Shown: positions 6,797-14,067 of the stretch, piece after piece
How positions within the stretch are numbered: the stretch's first letter is position 1
How the letters are laid out: the number at the start of each line of letters is the position of its first letter
Assembly (NCBI GenBank): GCA_030587475.2
Contig: JAUQYZ020000110.1
Location: forward strand, 1 to 14,067
From: Candidatus Sigynarchaeum calidifontis
GTDB taxonomy: Archaea; Asgardarchaeota; Lokiarchaeia; Sigyniarchaeales; Sigyniarchaeaceae
Direction of reading: 5' to 3'
Length of the DNA: 14,067 bases
Program-made: the position numbers and the translations under genes
The notes under the pieces: model-generated
What the model saw: the letters and a program-made list of their open reading frames with translations, nothing else
Told to the model about the DNA's origin: nothing
Database searches by the model: none

Positions 6797-7480
6797 ATGC
6801 GAACCTCCGAGTTCTTGCAACATGTCAAGTCGACGAGCCCCTACCCGGTCCAGGTAAAACAAGGCTTCATCACGGCGGAAAAGGATGGTCGCTCGTTCCT
6901 GATCGATGGCTACGGCGGCGATCTCTTCGCCCAACCGCTTGTGCCGGGGAAGCAGGTTCTGGAAAGGATTCGCGCGAAGCAATGCCCCGCGTGCTTCAAC
7001 TATGCATCGCCAGAGGCAACGTTCAACTGCATGCATTACGTGGCCGAGGGTTACGTCCATCCGGTTCGGATCTGCGTCGTCGCCGAGTTCCAGGACGGGA
7101 AGATGGCCGAGATCATCCGCGCGAACCAACGCCTCGGCAGCGTCGAGTACACGCCCGTCCAGCTCAAGATCCTTGCCATGCTCTTTGCAATCCACGAGGA
7201 CAAGATGCCCGACGATGTCCAGCGGAAGATCGACGCGATCCCGTCCCAGGAATCGTTGCTCAGCGGTTCTTGCCCCTTTTTCATCGGCACGCGGGACATG
7301 AGCATACACTTGCTCACTAAAAACATCGCCAGGCAGCAACGCAAGCGGAGATTTCTTGATGTCCTCAAAGGCATGCAATTCTTGAGTGCGGGTCACCATT
7401 CGGTCGGCGTAAGCTATTTTGACAGGAAGATCACCGAATTGCAAAGCGCGCTTGCGAAGATCCGCGCTTCTTTCGCGTGA
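6797..7480 (+). CDS. Hypothetical protein with CxxC-x11-CxH putative metal-binding motif
   Basis: Track ORF 6776..7480. TTTATAA at 6763-6769 favours ATG 6797 (MRTSEF) as a near-leaderless start. Codon usage resembles neighbouring genes. Motif CPACFNYASPEATFNCMH. Confidence 0.75.
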   Translation: MRTSEFLQHVKSTSPYPVQVKQGFITAEKDGRSFLIDGYGGDLFAQPLVPGKQVLERIRAKQCPACFNYASPEATFNCMHYVAEGYVHPVRICVVAEFQDGKMAEIIRANQRLGSVEYTPVQLKILAMLFAIHEDKMPDDVQRKIDAIPSQESLLSGSCPFFIGTRDMSIHLLTKNIARQQRKRRFLDVLKGMQFLSAGHHSVGVSYFDRKITELQSALAKIRASFA

Positions 7481-7559
7481 ATCGCGCCACCATGGCGTGA
7501 GAATAGGTTTTAAAGGTTCCCATCATTCCATCACTTGATTCAAACCTAGGTTCATCAAC

Positions 7560-7889
7560 ATGGCAAAAAAGAAAGAAGCCGAGAAGAAAATAAATCCTAT
7601 CACGATAAACGCGGAGCAGCTCTCCTTTAATCACGACAAGGAGATCGACAACCTCGCCAGGTATCTAGAGGAGCGGATCCCGAAGGCCAAGGGTCTCGAG
7701 GAAGTCGTGCGCTCGAAAAACATGCTATCGTTGACCCTCACCAAGCAAGTTTCGAAGCGCGATGTCAAGCAATACATAACGAAGTTCCTCCACCGGGCCG
7801 GCTTGCGCCTCGATTACCGCTGCCTTGCCACCTACCAGGAGAAGGATGGCGACTTCATGATCTATCCAAGGAAGGTCTACGAAATCTGA
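7560..7889 (+). CDS. rpl22e: Ribosomal protein eL22 (L22e) homologue
   Basis: 109 aa and basic. NLARYLEERI resembles eukaryotic NFEQFLQERI. VRSKNMLSLT...VSKRDVKQYITKFLHRAGLR..YRCLA resembles ERSKSKITVT...[27 protein letters not shown] (human eL22, recalled from memory). TTTTAAAG TATA-like box at 7508-7515. Confidence 0.85.
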   Translation: MAKKKEAEKKINPITINAEQLSFNHDKEIDNLARYLEERIPKAKGLEEVVRSKNMLSLTLTKQVSKRDVKQYITKFLHRAGLRLDYRCLATYQEKDGDFMIYPRKVYEI

Positions 7890-7890
7890 C

Positions 7891-7911
7891 GTTTTTTCTC
7901 CTGGTTTTTTC
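7891..7911 (+). terminator. Tandem U-tract terminator after rpl22e
   Basis: GTTTTTTCTCCTGGTTTTTTC directly after the stop codon. Confidence 0.55.
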
Positions 7912-8007
7912 GCATGTTCCCCGTCTTTATGCACCTACCATGCCGCCGGGCTTGCTTCATCGCCATGAATTGTGCCAATGCCGATTTGTTGGAAAAAGGG
8001 AGATGGA

Positions 8008-8832
8008 TTACTGCAGCATCGCATCTGCAAGCTTCTTGGACTTGATCGTTGCCGCCTCGACGGCGCGGGCAAGGGTGCCGCGCAGGTTACCGTCCTCGAG
8101 TGCCTGGAGTCCTTCCACCGTCGTCCCGCCCGGGGACGTGACCTGATCCTTGAGCACCATGGGATGCTTCCCGGTCTCCAGCACGAGCCGCGTCGAGCCC
8201 ATGACCGTGTCGAGCACGAGGGCCCGGGCAAGATCACGTGGCAAGCCCATTCGGACGCCACCATCGATGAGACCATCGATGATGTAGAACACGTATGCTG
8301 GCCCGCTGCCGGATAATCCGGTGACCGCATCGAGCAGCTTCTCCGCGACCTCGTGCACGTTACCCGTCGCACCGAGGATCTTCTTGGCATCCGCCTTGAA
8401 TTCAGCACTTGCCAGCTCGCTGAACGCGACCGCCGTCACCCCCGCGTTGATGAGCGCCGGCGTGTTGGGCATGCACCGCGCTAGCGGGAACTTCTTGCCA
8501 ACGATTTTGTCGTAGAACGCCATCGGCACCCCGGCGACGATCGAGATCATCGGTTTTTTACCATCCAGCACCCCCGCGATCTCGGCGAGGACATCCTTGA
8601 GCACTTGCGGTTTCACCGCCATCACGAGGATATCCGATGCCTTCACGAGCTCCACGTTTGACGCGAAGGCCGTGTTAATTCCAGCATCAGCCTTGATGGC
8701 ATCCAGAGCCTCCTTCCTCGTGTCGAACGCGTTGATCTTGGCCGCCTTGACGATGCCCTTGTTGATCAAGCCCTTGATCATCGCCGTGCCCATGTTGCCG
8801 GCACCGATGAACCCGATGTTCGTTATCGTCAT
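8008..8832 (-). CDS. proC: Pyrroline-5-carboxylate reductase
   Basis: IGFIGAGNMG, AVKPQ, ISIVAGV, RCMPNTP, TGLSGSGPAY and VTSPGGTT. Confidence 0.97.
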   Translation of the reverse strand: MTITNIGFIGAGNMGTAMIKGLINKGIVKAAKINAFDTRKEALDAIKADAGINTAFASNVELVKASDILVMAVKPQVLKDVLAEIAGVLDGKKPMISIVAGVPMAFYDKIVGKKFPLARCMPNTPALINAGVTAVAFSELASAEFKADAKKILGATGNVHEVAEKLLDAVTGLSGSGPAYVFYIIDGLIDGGVRMGLPRDLARALVLDTVMGSTRLVLETGKHPMVLKDQVTSPGGTTVEGLQALEDGNLRGTLARAVEAATIKSKKLADAMLQ

Positions 8833-8847
8833 TTTATTCTCACGCGA

Positions 8848-9732
8848 TCAGTTGTGGGCGAGGAAGAATTCCGTGAGCTTTCGAAGCTTGCGCGTGTTCT
8901 GAGCGAGGCCTTGCTCTTTCTCCTCGAAATAGGCCTTGAACACCTCCCATGAAGCTTTCTTTTCGGCAGGTGCCTCCTGGACAAACTTGCGGACGGCTTG
9001 CATCTCCATCACGTCGACGTAGACATCGGACAACTTGTTCGCTTCGCTCGACAGCAAGAACACGTAATACACGCACAGATCTTCCGGGGCCAGCACGGTC
9101 GGTGGCTTCTGCCCATCGCCCGCGTTTTTCCCCCGTAGCAGCCTCGTGTCGACCATCGTGGGCAAGACCATGGAAAACGAGATGTTTTCCTTGGCATATT
9201 CCGCTGCTATCGATTTCTGGAAGCCCGCGACCGCCCATTTCGATGCCGCGTAGCAAGCATATTTCGGCATCGTCTCTGCATTCGGGTAGATAGCGCTCCC
9301 CGTGATGATGAACCGCGCCCGGTCGGCCTTGTCATCCTTCTTCATAAGCGCGTATGCGGCCTTGAACGTGTAGAACACGCCGAGCACGTTGACGTTCATC
9401 ACGCGAGCAAACGTGGCGGGATCCAACTCGTGGGTTTCTTTCTTCCAGTAAGTTCCAGCATTGGCGATCACCCCATTGAACGGGCCGAGAACCTGATTCA
9501 TTTCCTTGAATGCAGATTCAACATCTTCATATTTAGTGATGTCGCCAGCCTTCACGAAGACCTTGCTGCCTGTCCCGAGATTTTCGATATCTTTCTTGGT
9601 TGCTTCGAGCTCGTCTATAGTTCTGGCGAACAGGCCCAGGTTGGCACCCTCCTTGGCGCATGCAATGGCGACGGCGCGGCCGATTCCTCTACCACCGCCG
9701 GTGATGATGACATTTTTCCCCTTGAGCATCAT
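8848..9732 (-). CDS. Classical short-chain dehydrogenase/reductase (SDR)
   Basis: TGGGRGIG, NAG, catalytic Ser (ITGS), YAASK and PTMVDT. Start is ATG 9732 or 9729 (track gives 9744). The 15-bp gap to proC suggests co-transcription. Confidence 0.92.
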   Translation of the reverse strand: MMLKGKNVIITGGGRGIGRAVAIACAKEGANLGLFARTIDELEATKKDIENLGTGSKVFVKAGDITKYEDVESAFKEMNQVLGPFNGVIANAGTYWKKETHELDPATFARVMNVNVLGVFYTFKAAYALMKKDDKADRARFIITGSAIYPNAETMPKYACYAASKWAVAGFQKSIAAEYAKENISFSMVLPTMVDTRLLRGKNAGDGQKPPTVLAPEDLCVYYVFLLSSEANKLSDVYVDVMEMQAVRKFVQEAPAEKKASWEVFKAYFEEKEQGLAQNTRKLRKLTEFFLAHN

Positions 9733-9825
9733 GCTTCGTATCATCCAATTGGAAAGTGTTAATTGGTGATCTTGCTTGGTTACAAAATAAACCTTTTAGT
9801 AAAAGACCACATCGGGTAACCAAAC

Positions 9826-10359
9826 ATGATTTTTCCAAACCAGAAAGGCGACATGCCCCGGATACACGAGTCAGCATTCATCGCGCCCGGGGCGACGATC
9901 ATCGGCGACGTCGAAATTGATGAAGGCACGAACATCTGGCCTGGTGCCGTCATCCGCGGCGACATGTGCAAGATACGAATTGGCAAACGATGCTCTATAC
10001 AAGACAACTGCGTCGTGCACTCTGAGGCTGGCACGAGCATCACGATCGGTGACGACGTACTCATGGGTCACGGCGCGATCGTTCACGGGCCAGGCGACAT
10101 CGGTAGCAATTGCCTCATCGGCATCGGCGCCATCAAAATGATGAAGAAAAGCGTCGGTAAGGGCTGTATCATCGGTTCGGGCGCCCTCGTGACCAAGGAC
10201 ATAGAGGAATATTCCAAGGCCATGGGCGCCCCAGCAGAGGTCAAGGGGAAACTCGAGCCAAAAGACACGATGCCACAAGCCACCGGCGCGACGCTGTATT
10301 TCGAACTTGGCCAGGCGTACAAGAAAAAAGGCCTCGACCAGCGAGAATACAAGGGATAA
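9826..10359 (+). CDS. Gamma-carbonic anhydrase family hexapeptide-repeat protein (YrdA/PaaY/CaiE-like)
   Basis: PRIHESAFIAPGATIIGDV, IWPGAVIRGD, IQDNCVVH and GHGAIVH, which supply three His in the metal-ligand positions. Confidence 0.92.
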   Translation: MIFPNQKGDMPRIHESAFIAPGATIIGDVEIDEGTNIWPGAVIRGDMCKIRIGKRCSIQDNCVVHSEAGTSITIGDDVLMGHGAIVHGPGDIGSNCLIGIGAIKMMKKSVGKGCIIGSGALVTKDIEEYSKAMGAPAEVKGKLEPKDTMPQATGATLYFELGQAYKKKGLDQREYKG

Positions 10360-10377
10360 AGAAAAATTGAGATTCTG

Positions 10378-11661
10378 TTATTTCTTCTTATTTTGTGCCA
10401 TGAGCTCGACGAATGCTTCCATTCGGTTCTTCATGGGTTCCTCTGCATAGGCACGGGGATCGTCCATGTCACAATCCATCAACCAGACCGGGATACCCTT
10501 GTCGTTTTGAATGGCGTTCTTGAGATCGATCATCCCGGTGCAAGATGGACGACAAGAGAAGTTGGAGTGCAAGATGACGCCGTCCAATTTATACTCGTCA
10601 ATGACCTTCTCGAAATAAGCAATGCGCTTGTCGAGCGGATAACTATAGGGAACATTTATCATCATCTTGGCGAGTTCCCTGAGCGTCTTCTCGAATGAAA
10701 GACCGAGTTGCTTGCGCGGGCCGAACGAATACGTGTAAGGTTCATAGGTGATGATGGCGCCGTAATTGGCGAGCTCGTGGAAGAACTTGATCTTGTACCA
10801 CATTGGAATGCCCTCGAAGAGCACGCGATATTTTTCTTGCTCCTTGGTGAGTGCCCCGACACCACGGGCAACGCGATCCTTGATGTCCTTGAGCAAGGCC
10901 TCGTAGAACTTGATACCGATATCGAGGCCGGGCAAGATAACCATCGGGAATATAGCGGCCATAGTGTCTTGGAAGGCCACTGGCGTCGGGAGAAGCTTGC
11001 GATACTCGTATATCTCGTGCCAGAGCTCGCAAAGCCTATCCGATTTCTGGAGGATCGAGAAGAATTTTTGCTCGGAAAATTTTTTTCCCGTCACGTTCCC
11101 GACGAATTCGATAAAATCCTTGTATTGCGCAACGACGTAATCGACATATTCTTCCATGCGCGGGTCATCGGTGCCGCTGACCGCGCTGGGAATATCGAAG
11201 CAAAAGTACGGGACGCCGAATTTCCTTGCCTGGATCTGGAACCATTTCACGTGCGTGTCGCAGATCGTGTTCGTGCTTGCACAGAACGTGGGCTTGCCAA
11301 TTCCGCCCTTCGTAATGCCGACCTTTTTTTCAACAGCGCCAATGTTTGTTTTAAAGTACGAGCACAAGTCACGGGAGAACCCTAGGCTTTCAGCATACTC
11401 TATTAGCTCCTGTGACACTTTCTGTGTTCCGGCCACGCACGCAGCATTTTCCGGGTGCATAGGAAATATATCGAACATGTAGCACACCTCGACAGGAAAA
11501 CCTGCGGTCACCCATGCCGTTTTTTTCCACGGCAGCATTGACATAAGCTTGGACTTTAGCAAGTAATTCGGGATGATTTTATTGAGCATCTTTGTCGACG
11601 GTAGCCGTTCGACCCGGGTTACCGTCGAAGTCATAGTAGATCCTCGCGTTGACTCGGTCAT
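10378..11661 (-). CDS. 2-hydroxyacyl-CoA dehydratase / benzoyl-CoA reductase family subunit (HgdA/FldB/BcrB-like)
   Basis: 427 aa. PVE...PENAAC, GFSRDLCSY, TICD, and DGVILHSNFSCRP (three cluster Cys), plus DMDDPR. GGAGGTG SD and an ATGA overlap with the upstream subunit. Confidence 0.9.
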   Translation of the reverse strand: MTESTRGSTMTSTVTRVERLPSTKMLNKIIPNYLLKSKLMSMLPWKKTAWVTAGFPVEVCYMFDIFPMHPENAACVAGTQKVSQELIEYAESLGFSRDLCSYFKTNIGAVEKKVGITKGGIGKPTFCASTNTICDTHVKWFQIQARKFGVPYFCFDIPSAVSGTDDPRMEEYVDYVVAQYKDFIEFVGNVTGKKFSEQKFFSILQKSDRLCELWHEIYEYRKLLPTPVAFQDTMAAIFPMVILPGLDIGIKFYEALLKDIKDRVARGVGALTKEQEKYRVLFEGIPMWYKIKFFHELANYGAIITYEPYTYSFGPRKQLGLSFEKTLRELAKMMINVPYSYPLDKRIAYFEKVIDEYKLDGVILHSNFSCRPSCTGMIDLKNAIQNDKGIPVWLMDCDMDDPRAYAEEPMKNRMEAFVELMAQNKKK

Positions 11662-12704
11662 GTTTTTACACCTCCTATCTCAAGAAATGCCTCGAGACGG
11701 TTGATCGCTTGTGTATCCTTCACGGGGCTGAACTCGCGCTCGATATGGATATACTTGTATCCTTTTGCCCTCATGATCTTTTCGATGTGAACCGTATCGA
11801 ACAAATAGGGTTCACAGAATTTCACGTTCTGGGAAACCACCGTGTCGAGCCCGCTATCCGCCAATGCCTTGAGCAAGAAGTCCGTCCGTGGGTCGGGTGG
11901 GTTCTTGGTCGCTGGTCTAGGAATGGAGAACCGGTATTCCACGAGCGCGTCCAGTGGATCCGCTTTCTCGGGGATGAGCGTGGCGAAGTATCTCTCGCCG
12001 ATAGACAAGTCATCCCGCACGACACGAATTTTAGCGGCCTCCAAAGTGTCCATGAATTCGGGATACGTGATGTCGGAGCCCGTGAGAAGCACTTTTTTCA
12101 TTCCCGTGGGGAATGGAGGGCGAGCCGACCAGTCCTTCAAAGTCTCGTCGAGTATCTTGATCACGTCATCCTTGGCCATCGTTATTGCCTTCACGCACAC
12201 GTCAAAGTAATCACGATTCGGTATATCCTTCGTGGCGCGCAAGGCTGAGAGCCGCTGCAGCCGCTTCTTGACATCATTGGATTCCTTGATGGCAGCTTGT
12301 AATTTATCAGGCGTGATGGACACCTTGAAGTGATTTTCCAGTGCCTTGATGAGCCTCTCCATCTCCTTCTTGAAGAAATTCGCAGCGGATTGCGTTCCGT
12401 AGACCATTGGCACGTTTAACCAGTATATGAATGGAGTTTTCACGTGTTTTTTCCAGATATCAAAGCTGCGGTGGGTAATATCGCAACCATGCGAGACGAT
12501 AATGCCTTCCCAGTTCCCTGAATGTGCCAGCGCGTCCGTGAGAAAGCTACGAGCAGCGGGGCACAAGAAATTTTGTAGATATTGATCCGCTGGGGCATTG
12601 TCTACCTTCACATCGCCAAGGATCTTCACCGGAACCAGGCCCGCGGCCATTGCTATCTCCTCCGGGAAATCATGCGAGCTGTCGAAATATGCTATCGTTT
12701 TCAT
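11658..12704 (-). CDS. 2-hydroxyacyl-CoA dehydratase / benzoyl-CoA reductase family subunit (HgdB/FldC/BcrC-like)
   Basis: 348 aa. PEEIAMAAGLVP, FLCPAARS, HGCD, VLLTGS, DDLSIGERY, KFCEPY and NRLEAFLE. Confidence 0.9.
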   Translation of the reverse strand: MKTIAYFDSSHDFPEEIAMAAGLVPVKILGDVKVDNAPADQYLQNFLCPAARSFLTDALAHSGNWEGIIVSHGCDITHRSFDIWKKHVKTPFIYWLNVPMVYGTQSAANFFKKEMERLIKALENHFKVSITPDKLQAAIKESNDVKKRLQRLSALRATKDIPNRDYFDVCVKAITMAKDDVIKILDETLKDWSARPPFPTGMKKVLLTGSDITYPEFMDTLEAAKIRVVRDDLSIGERYFATLIPEKADPLDALVEYRFSIPRPATKNPPDPRTDFLLKALADSGLDTVVSQNVKFCEPYLFDTVHIEKIMRAKGYKYIHIEREFSPVKDTQAINRLEAFLEIGGVKT

Positions 12705-12859
12705 TACAATAAAACACCTCGATTTAACGTTCTTGGTTGATCTTTGTTCTGAATATTATCAAGCTATGCGACGATTCTAAACCATCCGTAATCGGGAATC
12801 AAGCCTTATATGTCTCGAAATCGACGTTTAACCACGCGATAACTGGATTGGTGATTCGA

Positions 12860-14067
12860 ATGGGCGAAGAGACAAAGAAGAGCGAATTGTTCCCGGGCGT
12901 CGTGTTGAACGCCGCGGAGACCAAGCCCTGGTTAAAGGCCTACCCGAAGAACGTCCCGGAACATATCGATTATCCGAAGGTAAGCTTGTACGAGAAGTTG
13001 ATGCAATCGGTTGAAAAATATGCAAACGAGCCGGCCTGGGATTTTTCCATCGCAACCCAGACATACAAGCAGTTCGGCGCCGACGTAGATAAATTCGCAG
13101 ACGCGCTCGCCGCGGCGGGCTTCAAGAAGGGGGACGTCATGACCATCAGCATGCCCACTAGTCCCCAAGGTATCATCGCGGTGTACGCGGTGAACAAGCT
13201 CGGTGGCATCGCGTCGATGATCCACCCGTTGAGCCCGCCGCCCCAGATCAAGATGTATCTCAACTTGAGCAAGAGCAACTGGGCGCTCACGCTCGACGCG
13301 TTTTACCAGAACTTCAATGCCGTGCTCAAGGATACTTCCGTCCAGAAGTTGATCCTCGCGTCGATCCCGGATTACTTGCCTGGTATCGGGAAACTCATCT
13401 TCAAGCTGACGAAAGGCCGGAAGATTCCAAAGGTTCCTGCCGACGATCGCGTCATCTGGATGAGGGACATGATGAAAGGGAGTTTCCCCAAGGTAAACAA
13501 GGCCGATATGAAGCCAGATGACACCGCCATCATCTTGTACTCGGGGGGGACGACCGGAGAGCCAAAAGGCATCGAGCTCACGAACATGAACATGATCTCT
13601 GAGGGAATGCAAGTGAGCGTCTGGGGAAACATAGTACCAGGGAACTCAATTCTCGCGATACTGCCGATATTCCACGGTTTCGGGCTTGGTGTTTGCGTGA
13701 ATGCTGCATTCATGAATGGTGGCAAGACAATCTTGATCCCGCAGTTCACACCCGAGGATGTCGCCAAGATCATCAAGAAGAAAAAACCGAACTTCTTGGT
13801 GGGCGTGCCTACCTTGTTCGAGGCCCTGGCGTCGAACGCGGATTTTTGCAGCGCCGACCTCTCGTGCCTGACAGCGACGTTTTGCGGTGCAGACACGCTG
13901 CCACGGAAGACAAAGGAAAAGTTCGAGGCGGCGGTCAGGGCCGGCGGTGGCAACACGAGTTTGCTTGAAGGATACGGTCTCACCGAGGCCGTGACCGCGA
14001 TCATGGCGATGCCACTAGGCAATTATCGGGAGGGCAGCATCGGGGTGCCGTTCCCCGACATGCTAGC
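12860..14067 (+). CDS. fadD: Long-chain-fatty-acid--CoA ligase (ANL/AMP-binding family), 3' end outside window
   Basis: Not in the ORF track because it has no stop in the window. ATG 12860 follows GGTGA SD (12850-12854). Translation: KPWLKAYPKNVPEHIDYP...GFKKGD...ILYSGGTTGEPKG...LPIFHGFG...EGYGLTE...GSIGVPFPD. Confidence 0.93.
   Translation, partial: MGEETKKSELFPGVVLNAAETKPWLKAYPKNVPEHIDYPKVSLYEKLMQSVEKYANEPAWDFSIATQTYKQFGADVDKFADALAAAGFKKGDVMTISMPTSPQGIIAVYAVNKLGGIASMIHPLSPPPQIKMYLNLSKSNWALTLDAFYQNFNAVLKDTSVQKLILASIPDYLPGIGKLIFKLTKGRKIPKVPADDRVIWMRDMMKGSFPKVNKADMKPDDTAIILYSGGTTGEPKGIELTNMNMISEGMQVSVWGNIVPGNSILAILPIFHGFGLGVCVNAAFMNGGKTILIPQFTPEDVAKIIKKKKPNFLVGVPTLFEALASNADFCSADLSCLTATFCGADTLPRKTKEKFEAAVRAGGGNTSLLEGYGLTEAVTAIMAMPLGNYREGSIGVPFPDML

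Noticed and set aside
7534-7558. Palindrome AACCTAGGTT flanked by TTGAT/ATCAA before rpl22e as an autoregulatory hairpin
   Set aside because: The stem is short, AU-rich and interrupted, too weak to claim without conservation data.
12932-14022. Minus-strand ORFs 12932..13612 and 13372..14022
   Set aside because: Antisense shadows of the plus-strand acyl-CoA ligase.

Overview
Archaeal chromosomal segment, very probably from an Asgard archaeon. The inference rests on a group II chaperonin, archaeal TATA/BRE and GGTGA-type SD signals, a eukaryote-like ribosomal protein eL22 and an MglA-like small GTPase. Genes, left to right: thermosome subunit (5' part, -), stand-alone TrpB2 (+), B12 methionine synthase activation-domain protein (-), LeuA/CimA-family synthase (-), MglA-like GTPase (-), a possible 49-aa sORF (+), a Cys/His-motif hypothetical protein (+), eL22 (+), proC and an SDR (-), a gamma-carbonic anhydrase-family protein (+), two 2-hydroxyacyl-CoA dehydratase/benzoyl-CoA reductase-family subunits (-), and a long-chain acyl-CoA ligase (+, runs off the window). 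The standout is the trpB2 leader. It holds a short Trp-containing leader ORF (MRTIAWAWRVH*) followed by mutually exclusive 1:2, 2:3 and 3:4 hairpins and a U-tract. This is the architecture of a bacterial ribosome-mediated tryptophan attenuator, here in an archaeal context. No rRNA, tRNA, CRISPR array or mobile element was recognised. All RNA folds were paired by eye.
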